64,000 bases of DNA. It comes from an uncultured cyanobacterium (GTDB lineage: Bacteria; Cyanobacteriota; Cyanobacteriia; Cyanobacteriales; Nostocaceae). The DNA is taken from contig OY970166.1 of the NCBI GenBank assembly GCA_963706595.1, positions 1,312,001 to 1,376,000 on the forward strand, written 5' to 3'. The position numbers were made by a program, and so were the translations under genes. Position 1 is the first letter of the stretch, and every line of letters begins with the position of its first letter. The notes beneath the pieces are model-generated. The model saw only the letters and a list, made by a program, of their open reading frames with translations. It was not told the DNA's origin and made no database searches. Positions 41,246 through 51,859 of this stretch are shown piece by piece.

Positions 41246-43675
41246 GTGTTTATTGCAGGTCTGTTATCAATGTTTATGATGATTTTGCAGCACAAAAACT
41301 TAAAGCTGGCATTTGCATTATTATTTAGTTCAGCAACAATATTCTTTGCTAAAACGGCTAGTGCTGAGATATCTGCAAACACTTTGGCACTGGAAAACCT
41401 CAATAATAGCAAATTAGAATTATCCGCACCCCCGGAAGAAGATACTTCTGCATTAACTGCTAATCTGGAATCTTTGAGAATTTTGTCAGCCTCTGTCTCT
41501 AGTTTTATTCAGCAAACACAAGTAGCAGATTTAGCAAAAACTAATTTCCAGTTCCTGTCTTGTCCTCCCAGCAATACTGGAAAACCAGAATTTACCACAG
41601 TCACGGATTTAGCAAAAACTAATTCTCAAGTTCAGTCTTGTACTCCCAATAGAATTAGTCAGGCTGGATTTAATAAACAACTAGATCCACTAAACCCCCC
41701 ACCATATCCACAACCTAGAGTTGATGAATTGGATTTTGACCAAAAATTACCAGCAGAAAAACTACCTCAAGCTGAACAAGAATATATTATTTCCCCTAGA
41801 GTTGCTGATGAGCAAAAAATTCATCCACGCACAACTACCATCCCATTAAATAGTGTATTCATTAATCATTTAACTGCCAGGCAATTAAGTGTAGGTTCTA
41901 GCTTTAGTAATAACCAAAATACTACTTTTGATATTAATACACTTGTGAAGCTAAACGGACAAGTCAAAGAAAATTTGACCACAAATAATATTTTTACTGT
42001 AGACCAAACAGGAGAATATTTGCAACTGCAAACCCTGAGAAAAAACAGAGAAGTTACTGTTGATTTTCGAGAACCCCGAACTATGCTGGGTACACAACTC
42101 CAATTCAGCATGACTGCTTCATGTAACTTGCTTGGTGGGAATGCAGATCAAACCTGCACATATATTCCTGGTTTAAATTCTGCTGATATTAATCCTGATA
42201 CCTTGACACCCACTCGGTTTATTCAAACTTCAAAAGTAGGTGATGTAGTAGAACCAGAAACATTAGCTACAATTCGCAAACCGGGTTTTCAATCAGGGGC
42301 TAATGGTCAAGAAATTGGTATAGACTTATTTTTACCCAACACAGGTTCATTTGTTGGTAATAGCACTGGAAATCTATTATCTATCACCAGAAGCGAAGAG
42401 ATAGATAATACACCCGCAGCAATTTATTCTAGAGTGAGGCAAATTGTCAAAGTTAATGACCGCGAAGCTGTCATGGGTCGGACAGTCAGGGGCGTTAGCT
42501 TCATTTTAAATGATGATAATACTTTACTGAATACAGCGTTGCAACTGGGATATAATTTCTTGCCTGATATTGTACCTAATATTGCTAGTTCAGAAAACAA
42601 AGTTAACTCAAATGTTAACAATAATTTGTTTTTGGCTGCTAATAATGTCAGACTTCCTGCTAATAGTTTAACTGCTTATCATGGGGGAATTGCGAGAGCG
42701 CAAAGTGTCCCGCGAACAGCAGCAAATTTGAGCCAAGTACCTGCTGCTACGTTCAATGGTATTTGGTTGGGTGCGTCACCCATCATCACACGTAGGTCTG
42801 ATATTACTACTCGTTTTGAAGAAATTAGCCCCCAGACAATCTCTGCTGCTGGTGGTGGAGAAGGGGGATACGATTCTAATGTGAGTTTTGTTTCTAATAT
42901 TAATAATCAAACTTTTTCTCCAGTCAACTTACAAAATTTTTACACTCAGGTTTACGTGACAGCCTTAAATCAAGAAGTTAATAATGTGACAACTAATAGA
43001 TATAGAGAAGAAACAAAATATGCACCACATCTAAGTTTTACAGGAAATATCACAGGGACAGAGGAAGCTTTGAGATATTACACAGGTGTAATTGGTGCAG
43101 AGGAAATTAAAGCTTATGGTGGCGTAGATTTTACTAAAAATACCGCTAATGGATGGAATTTTTCGGGAGGGGTAATTGGCTATATTAATCCAGATATTGA
43201 TTACTATAGTCAAATAACAGGCAGTGTTGGTAAACGTATTCGCTTTAGTCGCAATAGTAATTTAGTCATATCCACTGGAGTTAATTATGCTTTGGATAGA
43301 GAAACTCGCTCTAATGACTTTGTGAATTCAATTACAGTTAGAGCCAGAGCAAATTTGGGTAATATTTGGTTTGGTTTAACTAACTATTTTGGGGATGTTT
43401 TACCAGATTCAGTGAAGAATACGCTGGTAACAAGTGTTGGTATTGATTTTAACAATAATTTTTCGTTATCAGCATATTTGAATCCGATCAATGAAAATGC
43501 AGCACGTTCTGTCTATGGTGCAGGAGCGAGATTTCGACTCGGCACAAATCAGAATAGTCCCACACTCAACCTATCCTGGCAAAATAATGAGTATGACTAT
43601 GGCAGAGATATCGCTGACAATGAATTGAAGATAAACGAAAATATATTTACTGTGTTTTTGAGGGGTAATTTTTGA
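41246..43675 (+). CDS. Large exported protein, probable outer-membrane beta-barrel; start uncertain (41246-41280)
   Basis: Signal peptide LAFALLFSSATIFFAKTASA; alternating amphipathic strands in the C-terminal third; terminal FTVFLRGNF beta-signal. Confidence 0.75.
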   Translation: MFIAGLLSMFMMILQHKNLKLAFALLFSSATIFFAKTASAEISANTLALENLNNSKLELSAPPEEDTSALTANLESLRILSASVSSFIQQTQVADLAKTNFQFLSCPPSNTGKPEFTTVTDLAKTNSQVQSCTPNRISQAGFNKQLDPLNPPPYPQPRVDELDFDQKLPAEKLPQAEQEYIISPRVADEQKIHPRTTTIPLNSVFINHLTARQLSVGSSFSNNQNTTFDINTLVKLNGQVKENLTTNNIFTVDQTGEYLQLQTLRKNREVTVDFREPRTMLGTQLQFSMTASCNLLGGNADQTCTYIPGLNSADINPDTLTPTRFIQTSKVGDVVEPETLATIRKPGFQSGANGQEIGIDLFLPNTGSFVGNSTGNLLSITRSEEIDNTPAAIYSRVRQIVKVNDREAVMGRTVRGVSFILNDDNTLLNTALQLGYNFLPDIVPNIASSENKVNSNVNNNLFLAANNVRLPANSLTAYHGGIARAQSVPRTAANLSQVPAATFNGIWLGASPIITRRSDITTRFEEISPQTISAAGGGEGGYDSNVSFVSNINNQTFSPVNLQNFYTQVYVTALNQEVNNVTTNRYREETKYAPHLSFTGNITGTEEALRYYTGVIGAEEIKAYGGVDFTKNTANGWNFSGGVIGYINPDIDYYSQITGSVGKRIRFSRNSNLVISTGVNYALDRETRSNDFVNSITVRARANLGNIWFGLTNYFGDVLPDSVKNTLVTSVGIDFNNNFSLSAYLNPINENAARSVYGAGARFRLGTNQNSPTLNLSWQNNEYDYGRDIADNELKINENIFTVFLRGNF

Positions 43676-43742
43676 AGCTGGTTTTTCACCTACATATCTT
43701 ATAATAATGACTCATTCTTTGTTTTTCTAACTGGAGAAACCA

Positions 43743-44945
43743 ATGGGTCGCGCTAAAAAGGTTGTCTTGGCATATTCTGGGGGAGTAGATACTTCCGTTT
43801 GTATCCCCTATCTGAAAAATGAATGGGGTGTAGAAGAAGTAATTACCCTCGCAGCAGATTTGGGTCAGGGAGATGAATTAGAGCCAATTCGAGAAAAAGC
43901 GCTGAAATCGGGTGCAAGTGAGTCTCTAGTGGTTGACGTTAAAGATAGTTTCGTTAAAGATTATGCTTTTGCCGCGATTCAAGCAAATGCTCTATACGAA
44001 AATCGATATCCTTTGGGGACAGCTCTGGCTCGTCCGTTAATTGCTAAAATATTAGTAGAAGCTGCCCATAAATATGGTGCTGATGCGATCGCTCACGGTT
44101 GCACAGGTAAAGGTAATGATCAGGTTCGCTTTGATGTGGCTTGCGCTGCTCTCAATCCTAATCTGAAGATCCTCGCACCGGCAAGAGAATGGGGTATGAG
44201 CCGTGAGGAAACCATCGCTTATGGTGAGAAATGTGGTATTCCCTCACCTGTGAAAAAATCTTCTCCTTACAGCATTGATAAAAATTTACTCGGTCGTAGT
44301 ATTGAAGCTGGCATACTGGAAGATCCAGCCGTTGAGCCACTAGAAGAAATCTATGAAATGACCAAGGCGATCGCTGATACGCCGAATGAACCAGAGTATA
44401 TTGAAATTGGTTTTACACGCGGTATTCCTACCAGCCTCAACGGTACACCTAAAAACCCAGTTGAGCTAATTGAACAACTCAATCAGGTGGTAGGAAATCA
44501 CGGTATTGGGCGGATTGACATGATGGAAAACCGCTTAGTCGGGATTAAATCTAGGGAAATTTACGAATCACCCGCGATGTTAGTGCTAATTCAGGCACAC
44601 CGGGATTTAGAAAGCCTGACTTTGACAGCAGATGTCAGCCACTACAAGCGAGGTATTGAAGAGACTTATACTCAAATCGTTTATAACGGTCTTTGGTACA
44701 GTCCACTCAAAGGCGCACTAGATGCGTTTATTCAAAAGACACAAGAACGTGTTTTAGGAACTGTACGAGTCAAACTTTTTAAAGGTAATGCCACTGTAGT
44801 CGGGCGTTGGAGTGACAATTCACTTTACAGCCCAGACTTGGCAACCTATGGATCTGAAGACCAATTTGATCACAAAGCAGCTGAAGGCTTTATTTACGTT
44901 TGGGGATTACCCACTCGTATTTGGGCGCAGCAAGGTAACAGTTAG
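43743..44945 (+). CDS. argG: Argininosuccinate synthase
   Basis: [34 protein letters not shown]. Confidence 0.98.
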   Translation: MGRAKKVVLAYSGGVDTSVCIPYLKNEWGVEEVITLAADLGQGDELEPIREKALKSGASESLVVDVKDSFVKDYAFAAIQANALYENRYPLGTALARPLIAKILVEAAHKYGADAIAHGCTGKGNDQVRFDVACAALNPNLKILAPAREWGMSREETIAYGEKCGIPSPVKKSSPYSIDKNLLGRSIEAGILEDPAVEPLEEIYEMTKAIADTPNEPEYIEIGFTRGIPTSLNGTPKNPVELIEQLNQVVGNHGIGRIDMMENRLVGIKSREIYESPAMLVLIQAHRDLESLTLTADVSHYKRGIEETYTQIVYNGLWYSPLKGALDAFIQKTQERVLGTVRVKLFKGNATVVGRWSDNSLYSPDLATYGSEDQFDHKAAEGFIYVWGLPTRIWAQQGNS

Positions 44946-45076
44946 GGAATAGGGAATAGGGAGTGGGGAGTGGGGAGTGGGGAGTGGGGATTGAGATGGA
45001 CAATTTTCTTCCCCCCTGCTCCCTGCCCCCTGCTCCCCTGCTTCTTCCCCCTGCTCCCCTGCTTCTTCCCCCTGCC
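44944..45076. repeat. STRR arrays (GGGAATA/GGGGAGT and CCCCTGC-type)
   Basis: Tandem heptamers between convergent argG and dedA. Confidence 0.9.
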
Positions 45077-45706
45077 TTACTCGCCTGCTGCCCGCTTGAC
45101 TTGGCGGGACTCTAACCAGATGGGTATAGCAATCAAAGCAACCAGAATTAGTAAAGCTGCGATCGCAAATTGACTTACCCAGGCCACTAATTGTTCTAGG
45201 GAGACAACTTTGCCAGCAAAAAACGCTAACGTTACCATCACACTAGCCCAGGTGGTTGCTCCGGCTAAGTTGTACAAAAAGAATTTTCTGAACGGCATTT
45301 CAGCTATACCAGCTAGTGGTGCTGCAAATATTCGCAATAATGCAAAAAAGCGCCCAAAGAATACAGCTTTAGTCGCATTTTCACTAAATTGATTTTTAAT
45401 ATTCAACAAGCGCTCATCGGAAATCCGAAAGAGCTTACCTATTTGTACCAGGAAAGGCCAACCCCCTATTTTACCAATCCAATAACCGCAAGCACCCCCA
45501 ATTACTGCACCTGCAACGGCATCACTAAGAACTAACCAATAGTTTAATTCCTCACTCCCAGCTAGAAATCCGCCGACTATGGTCACGGTTTCACCAGGAA
45601 GGGGAATGCCCAAATTTTCTAGCAAAATGCCCAAAAAAATTGCCCAGTAACCATACTGGTGGGCAAATTCCTGGATGTTTTCTAGTGAAATCAGCTCAAG
45701 AGACAT
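45077..45706 (-). CDS. DedA family membrane protein
   Basis: LENLGIPLPGET, GYWIG, FFGRF..LRIFAAPLAG. Confidence 0.93.
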   Translation of the reverse strand: MSLELISLENIQEFAHQYGYWAIFLGILLENLGIPLPGETVTIVGGFLAGSEELNYWLVLSDAVAGAVIGGACGYWIGKIGGWPFLVQIGKLFRISDERLLNIKNQFSENATKAVFFGRFFALLRIFAAPLAGIAEMPFRKFFLYNLAGATTWASVMVTLAFFAGKVVSLEQLVAWVSQFAIAALLILVALIAIPIWLESRQVKRAAGE

Positions 45707-45787
45707 CCCGCACCGCCGCCTTTACAATTTTTTACCTTTCATATATCTTGGCTCTTCTATGGCTGGGGTGTCAATCAATCCGCTTCA

Positions 45788-45885
45788 GAGTGGGGAGTGG
45801 GGAGTGGGGAATGGGGAATGGGGAGTGGGGAGTGGGGAGTGGGGAGTGGGGAATGGGGAATGGGGAGTGGGGAATATGGAGTGGG
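45788..45885 (+). repeat. STRR array (GGGGAGT/GGGGAAT)n
   Basis: Tandem heptamers. Confidence 0.93.
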
Positions 45886-46188
45886 CGGCACTAATTCATA
45901 TTCTGTGCTGCCTTGTCAAGCCTTTTTATGGAAATTTTATAAAAATCCTGGTAAAATGTGAAAATCTGGTAAAAGATACGGTTGATACCGAAATTGTGAT
46001 GCCATTATGCCTATAGTTAAGAAAGTTAACATAAATTATACGACATAAATACTGAAGTAAAATGTATCAACAGAACTACTGTAATTGCCTGAATATGAAA
46101 ATAAAACAGTAATTTTGTCGTTGAAACTGAATCAGTATTGATGTAATATTTCTGTTCTGTTACGTTTTGCAAATAGGTTGTTAAATTT

Positions 46189-46626
46189 ATGACTATCTCA
46201 CAAAATCAAGTGGTTTTATTTAAGCCCCAAGGCAGCATAGACTTGCAGGGTGGAATGGCTTTTAGCGAAAAAATGTTGGAAGTAACACCCCAGTCTAATC
46301 AACTCTGGGTTATTGATTTGTCAGAAGTAGAATTCATGGACAGTTCAGGATTAGTCCCCCTAATCAATGGACTAACATCAGCACGCGAAAGTGGTTGTCG
46401 TCTAGTTTTGTGCAACGTGCAAACTCCGGTCAGATTAATTTTGGAACTAACACAACTGGACTCAGTGTTTGAAATCTTCGACACTTACGAGGATATTTTC
46501 ACCAATGCTAATGATAGGAATGCTCAGCGATTGCCTAATTTACTGCATTCTGCTATTCTAAATTTCACCAGGGGACTCCCACTACAGGCGCAAGCCTGCT
46601 GTATTTACTGTGAAAAAAAATACTAA
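46189..46626 (+). CDS. STAS-domain anti-sigma-factor antagonist
   Basis: IDLSEVEFMDSSGL..L..AR..GCRLVLCNV..VRLILELTQLD. Confidence 0.9.
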   Translation: MTISQNQVVLFKPQGSIDLQGGMAFSEKMLEVTPQSNQLWVIDLSEVEFMDSSGLVPLINGLTSARESGCRLVLCNVQTPVRLILELTQLDSVFEIFDTYEDIFTNANDRNAQRLPNLLHSAILNFTRGLPLQAQACCIYCEKKY

Positions 46627-46766
46627 AGTTAGGTAAAATCTCATATTGTGACTAAAAGTCGCATGAATCGACCACTTCCACAAAGGCAAGTGGTTTATTA
46701 TTGTGGCAATTGCCTATATTATTCCCAAAAGGTCTAAAGTTGTAATTTAGACCTTCTAAATGGCTA

Positions 46767-47333
46767 TCAGGCATTCTGCACTGGAGAAATATTATTTTGA
46801 TTTTGGCTAGATCCTGGGCGGGCAAAATTCGGTAAATCAATGCCACTGTGACTAGCCGTGCGGGTTTTGATCGCCAAACGGTAACTCACACTTTGCAGTT
46901 CTGCCTGAAGTTTGCGGTTTTCTCGTTGTAGAATTGCCACTTTTTCTCTGACTGGAGCCATACGTTCCTCGAATTTACGACGGTAAATTTGAGGTAATTC
47001 TTGTACAACCTGCTCCAACATCCGACTACGATCAGTTAGTTCTTGCACTGACTGCCGCAGTTGGTAAATTTCGGTGTCACGAGTGGTAATTTGTTCTTGA
47101 TAGAACGTTACCTGCTGCTCAACCGCTTGCAATTGTTCTTGCAATGCTTGTAACTGACTCGGATCATATTCCGGTTCAGAGCGCTGGGGCATAAAGTTAG
47201 TATTGCCCTTGACCAGCCGGAAGAGTTCTTGAGATAGCTGCTGCACTAATTGATCACGAAGCTGCAACTCTTGGCGCAACTGCGATACCTCGGTAGAGAG
47301 AGCTTGGATGTTGGGTGTGTCAGTTTGGCTCAC
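46767..47333 (-). CDS. Conserved cyanobacterial coiled-coil protein (Npun_F5560-like)
   Basis: RDQLVQQLSQELFRLVKGN..QELPQIYRRKF. Confidence 0.8.
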   Translation of the reverse strand: MSQTDTPNIQALSTEVSQLRQELQLRDQLVQQLSQELFRLVKGNTNFMPQRSEPEYDPSQLQALQEQLQAVEQQVTFYQEQITTRDTEIYQLRQSVQELTDRSRMLEQVVQELPQIYRRKFEERMAPVREKVAILQRENRKLQAELQSVSYRLAIKTRTASHSGIDLPNFARPGSSQNQNNISPVQNA

Positions 47334-47487
47334 AGTGGCTTACAGCTCCCATTGACGAATGCTTGTCGAATCTTAGGTAAGTATAACTGCGGTGGTACTG
47401 CCTTTAGGAGGTACTTGTTGATTTAGCATTCCCAACTAAAGCCAGAAATAAGCAAATGGTAAAAATTTTCTGAGATTAAATTTTTTT

Positions 47488-47529
47488 AGTGCTGAGTACT
47501 GAATTGGAAAAACTCAATACTCAGCACTG
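47488..47529 (-). terminator. Hairpin downstream of rpsF
   Basis: AGTGCTGAGTA..TACTCAGCACT inverted repeat. Confidence 0.55.
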
Positions 47530-47546
47530 CTTACTCAAAAGTTTTC

Positions 47547-47885
47547 TTAAGCAGAAACAGCAACTGCTTCTTCAGCTTCTTCTGCTGTTTCTTCTGGTAC
47601 ATCCTGCTTAATTGTCAAGTAGCGAATCACTTCTTCACTCAAACGCATAGCACGTTCCATCGGAGCGATCGCAGTTCCAGGACCAGTGTAATCCATTTGA
47701 ACGTAGATGCCATCCCGATGCTTGTTAATTTCATAAGCTAGGCGACGTTTCCCACGATTTTGAATTTTTATATTCTCAGCACCTTGTTCAGTGAGCAAGT
47801 TCTGGTATTTAGCAATTGCTTGCTCTACCTGTTCTTCTCCTATATCGGGACGCAGAATGTAAATTGTTTCGTAAACTATGGACAT
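47547..47885 (-). CDS. rpsF: 30S ribosomal protein S6
   Basis: [28 protein letters not shown]. Confidence 0.98.
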   Translation of the reverse strand: MSIVYETIYILRPDIGEEQVEQAIAKYQNLLTEQGAENIKIQNRGKRRLAYEINKHRDGIYVQMDYTGPGTAIAPMERAMRLSEEVIRYLTIKQDVPEETAEEAEEAVAVSA

Positions 47886-47897
47886 AATTTTAAGTCA

Positions 47898-47984
47898 CCT
47901 TATGGACGTAGGGGCTGCTGATGTGATTTTATACTTAAATACCACAAAGGATCTGAGTAATAATCAACATCTAAGCAACAAGGA
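47898..47984 (-). promoter_or_regulatory. Putative rpsF (S6:S18-type) leader
   Basis: CCTTG-TTGCT..AGCAG-CCCC..TAAGG stem that includes the RBS. Confidence 0.45.
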
Positions 47985-48186
47985 ACTATAATCTTACCAG
48001 TTTTCAATTTGAATCATCAGCCAAATTCGCCAAATTCGCATTTTTCACCAGAAGTTGCCTTCAGGGCGATGAGGGAGTCAGCCCACCCACAGGGCAAAAA
48101 GCCCTGATCCCTCCGGTCAAGGCTACGTGGCAGGTGAAGCTCTCAACTGAGATAAGGGTACAGGCATACTTCCTAAATTGAGACTG

Positions 48187-48284
48187 TATGGCAACCGCCA
48201 AGGAGGTTAAGACATAAACGGATAATCAAACTTAGACACCAAAAGGGTTTTAACCCACTCCCCACTCCCTACTCCCCAGCTATA
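48187..48284 (+). mobile_element. MITE-like element, copy of the 12094-12165 family, with STRR tail
   Basis: TATGGCAACCGCC..TTTTAACCC-ACTCCCC..CCCAGCTATA. Confidence 0.75.
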
Positions 48285-48379
48285 GTTATCAGTCTGAGGC
48301 TACAGCCTCTACCACAGACTGAATATTTGCTCCTCGCTAACAGCTTTTAATCGCAGACAAAAGGATATTAATCAAGGTT

Positions 48380-49153
48380 ATGGCGCAGCGCTATGTGCGA
48401 GTTCAAAATCTAGAAGGCAAGGTCTACTATGGATTGCTACAACTATCCCTCAACGTGCAGGTGCTAGATGCTCCACCCTGGTTAGAAGGGCAACCCACAG
48501 ATTTAATTCTAGAACCCGAAAAATACCAAATTCTGACTCCCTGCGCTCCTTCAAAAGTTGTGGCAGTAGGCAAGAATTATGCAGATCATGCCGCAGAAAT
48601 GGGAACTACAGTTCCCAATGAACCATTAATATTTCTCAAGCCATCAACATCTCTTATTGCTACGGAAACAGAAATTATGTATCCGTCCCAGTCGCAACGG
48701 GTAGATTACGAAGGTGAGTTAGCACTAGTGATTGGCGATCGCACCTGTGACTGCACAATAGAAGAAGCCCAAACCAAAATTTGGGGCTATACCATTGCTA
48801 ACGATGTGACGGCGAGGGATTTACAACAAAAGGATAGCCAATGGACTCGCGCCAAAGGTTTTGATACGTTTTGTCCTTTAGGCCCTTGGATTGTCCGAGA
48901 ATTAAATCCTGGGGCGAGATTACAGACCTTTTTGAATGACGATGCTATCCCTGTGCAATCTGCCTGTATTGATCAGATGGTATTTGCTCCTGATGTTCTC
49001 GTGTCGTACATTAGTCAGGTGATGACACTACTACCAGGAGACGTAGTGCTAACTGGTACACCATTGGGTGTAGGTCCACTGCACATAGGCGATCGCATCC
49101 GAGTGGAAATTGAAGGTATTGGTCGCCTAGAAAACAAAGTAGCTAGGCGTTAA
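48380..49153 (+). CDS. Fumarylacetoacetate hydrolase family protein
   Basis: VGKNYADH, DYEGEL, NDVTARD, AKGFDTFCPLGP. Confidence 0.95.
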   Translation: MAQRYVRVQNLEGKVYYGLLQLSLNVQVLDAPPWLEGQPTDLILEPEKYQILTPCAPSKVVAVGKNYADHAAEMGTTVPNEPLIFLKPSTSLIATETEIMYPSQSQRVDYEGELALVIGDRTCDCTIEEAQTKIWGYTIANDVTARDLQQKDSQWTRAKGFDTFCPLGPWIVRELNPGARLQTFLNDDAIPVQSACIDQMVFAPDVLVSYISQVMTLLPGDVVLTGTPLGVGPLHIGDRIRVEIEGIGRLENKVARR

Positions 49154-49156
49154 CTC

Positions 49157-49630
49157 TTAGCGCACTTGCATATGCACCGCATCAGAAATTGCCGGAATTT
49201 CTGCATAACGCCCAAACAGGGATTGAGCAACAGAATAAACCACTGCTGCAACTATACCGAGAAAGATGGTATTGGAGATGGTTTCTGAAGCAAAGCCAGC
49301 ACCAGGAATCGAACCTAAAACTTGCAGCACTATTTCACACAAAAATAAAACAATGTTCAAAAGAATTGCCTGCATCGTGTTGAAGCGAATGAAGTGACTA
49401 ATTTTTTCGTTTCTGACCACTAAGAGGAACAAAGCAAAGAAAATAATCAAGCTGGCAAAGGGGAGTTGATAAATTCCGATGATGGGACTCAAAGGGATAA
49501 ACAACAACCCGATGACTGGAAACTGACTGAACAAAAATCTACCAAAGGCTAGACCTTCAACTAAGGGTAGCAAATAAGGTAAACAAGCAAAAATCCGGTC
49601 GGAAACCGTTATAGACCCACGCCAAGTCAT
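49157..49630 (-). CDS. Tic20 family membrane protein
   Basis: MTWRGS..DRIFACLPYLLPL, HFIRFNTMQAILL, YAEIPAISDAV; ATG 49630 preferred. Confidence 0.9.
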   Translation of the reverse strand: MTWRGSITVSDRIFACLPYLLPLVEGLAFGRFLFSQFPVIGLLFIPLSPIIGIYQLPFASLIIFFALFLLVVRNEKISHFIRFNTMQAILLNIVLFLCEIVLQVLGSIPGAGFASETISNTIFLGIVAAVVYSVAQSLFGRYAEIPAISDAVHMQVR

Positions 49631-49711
49631 TGTGCGTTCTCCTATGGCTAAAATTTCAGAGTTACTTGAGCTTAGGATAACGCAGTTGCTTGGTTGTGCT
49701 GACAAATGGGA

Positions 49712-49912
49712 TTATTTTATATCCGCAATTCGGAAACCCATCAGACATTTATACTGCGCTGGCTGCTGGGCATTTAGTTGGCGAATTGCTTGAGCGCATC
49801 GCAGTTCACCTCCACCCCAACGGGGTTGACCGCTATGGTCAGCAAGTAAGCAAGATTGGCAAACTTGCGCCGGGGCAAGGATTTGATTATCCATTAAAAT
49901 GACTAACATCAC
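49712..49912 (-). CDS. Small Cys-containing conserved cyanobacterial protein
   Basis: MLVILM..QVCQSCLLAD..GQPRW..C..YKCLMGFRIA. Confidence 0.75.
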   Translation of the reverse strand: MMLVILMDNQILAPAQVCQSCLLADHSGQPRWGGGELRCAQAIRQLNAQQPAQYKCLMGFRIADIK

Positions 49913-50137
49913 ATCCCTCCTGTAAATTTTTATTAATTATGGGTGTTCAAATTGCGCCTGAAGTGATTTAGCGGAAATCGTCTCAGAGAAGAGGTCAAAA
50001 GAAGCAGAGGAGCAGGGAGCACCGGAGCAAGGGAGAAGAGGAAAGGTAGTTAAGCAAAGTGAATCAGTGCTGTTGTAAAAAATTCCCAGTCAACTTTAGT
50101 TTATTTTATGTTATCTATCGAAAATATTGACTTTTTT

Positions 50138-50151
50138 GTAACAAATCATAC
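50138..50151. promoter_or_regulatory. Putative NtcA binding site
   Basis: GTA-ACAAATCA-TAC (GTA-N8-TAC) in the divergent intergenic region, with a flanking T/A tract. Confidence 0.5.
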
Positions 50152-50332
50152 AGAAATACTGCCTCTTAAGTAGAGCAGAGATATTCCACAGTATCCAATC
50201 AAAGGGTAAAATTTGAAATTCAGGAAAAAGGTTGATGATAATTAAGAAGTCAGTAGTGAAAAACTATTGACTGAGGTGCTACACCAAGCCCAAGTCCACC
50301 GTTGTGCAAAATTCCACCAAGGATAAATTTAA

Positions 50333-51616
50333 GTGACTAAAACGAATTCCGAATTTTTGGCTAACTCCGACCCCGCGATCGCTGAATTAATTAACCAAGA
50401 ACTACAACGCCAACGCGACCACCTAGAGTTAATTGCTAGTGAAAACTTTACTTCAGCTGCTGTACTAGCAGCCCAAGGTTCAGTATTAACCAATAAATAC
50501 GCCGAAGGATTGCCAGGAAAACGTTACTATGGCGGTTGTGAATTTGTCGATCAAGTCGAACAAATCGCCATCGACCGAGCTAAACAGCTATTTGGTGCGG
50601 CTCATGCGAATGTTCAACCCCATTCTGGCGCTCAGGCAAATTTTGCAGTTTTCCTGACATTACTGCAACCCGGCGATAAAATCATGGGAATGGATTTGTC
50701 TCATGGCGGACATCTCACCCACGGTTCACCTGTAAATGTTTCGGGTAAATGGTTTGAAGTTTGCCACTACGGTGTCAGCCAACAAACAGAACAGCTAGAC
50801 TACGAACAAATTCGGGAGCAGGCGCTGAGGGAGCGTCCCAAGCTCTTAATTTGTGGATATTCAGCTTATCCTCGTGTAATTGATTTTGAAAAGTTCCGCA
50901 GTATCGCTGATGAAGTGGGCGCTTACTTGCTGGCAGATATTGCCCATATCGCTGGTTTAGTTGCTACCGGTTTGCATCCTAACCCGATTCCCTTCTGTGA
51001 TGTCGTCACTACAACAACTCATAAAACCCTGCGTGGACCTCGTGGTGGTTTGATTTTGACCCGCGATGCAGAATTAGGTAAAAAGTTCGATAAAGCTGTT
51101 TTCCCTGGCACTCAAGGTGGTCCCCTAGAACACGTCATTGCCGGAAAAGCAGTGGCTTTTGGGGAAGCACTGAAGCCAGATTTTAAAGAGTATTCGGCGC
51201 AAGTAATTGACAATGCTCGTGCTTTGGCAAGTCAATTGCAAAACCGTGGTTTAAAGCTAGTGTCAAATGGAACAGATAATCATTTGATGTTAGTAGATTT
51301 ACAGAATATTGGACTTACCGGAAAGCAAGCCGATCAACTGGTGAGTGGCGTAAATATTACTGCTAACAAAAATACAGTTCCCTTTGACCCGCAATCACCA
51401 TTTGTTACCAGTGGTTTGAGGTTAGGTTCTCCAGCCATGACTACACGGGGCATGGGTGTTACAGAATTTACCGAGATTGGGAATATTATCGCTGACAGAC
51501 TGCTGTCGCCTGATTCTGAGACAGTAGCACAAGATTGTCGCCAACGGGTAGCCGCATTGTGCGATCGCTTCCCCTTGTACCCACATCTACAGATTCCCGT
51601 ACCAGCCTTAGCTTAA
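50333..51616 (+). CDS. glyA: Serine hydroxymethyltransferase
   Basis: [27 protein letters not shown]. Confidence 0.98.
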   Translation: MTKTNSEFLANSDPAIAELINQELQRQRDHLELIASENFTSAAVLAAQGSVLTNKYAEGLPGKRYYGGCEFVDQVEQIAIDRAKQLFGAAHANVQPHSGAQANFAVFLTLLQPGDKIMGMDLSHGGHLTHGSPVNVSGKWFEVCHYGVSQQTEQLDYEQIREQALRERPKLLICGYSAYPRVIDFEKFRSIADEVGAYLLADIAHIAGLVATGLHPNPIPFCDVVTTTTHKTLRGPRGGLILTRDAELGKKFDKAVFPGTQGGPLEHVIAGKAVAFGEALKPDFKEYSAQVIDNARALASQLQNRGLKLVSNGTDNHLMLVDLQNIGLTGKQADQLVSGVNITANKNTVPFDPQSPFVTSGLRLGSPAMTTRGMGVTEFTEIGNIIADRLLSPDSETVAQDCRQRVAALCDRFPLYPHLQIPVPALA

Positions 51617-51859
51617 ATCAGTTGACAGTGAACAGTTATCAGTGATCAACGCTGAAAAACATCTAGTTTGCATATTTGAATTAGATTAAACTCTTGTGGG
51701 GTGGGCATCTTGCCCGCCCATGTTCCAGCGATGATGATGAAGGTTTCTTAATTTTTACTTTTGACTTCCTCAAAGATGTTGCCAGGTATCTGATTTATGA
51801 AATGTTGATTACTGCGTGGGAAAGGAGGCTGTGAAAAGGTTTACAAACTTCGGAAAGCC

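Noticed and set aside
46064..46080. NtcA-like words upstream of the STAS gene and of avtA (~8623-8635)
   Set aside because: GTA-TAC spacing is 10 and 7 nt rather than 8
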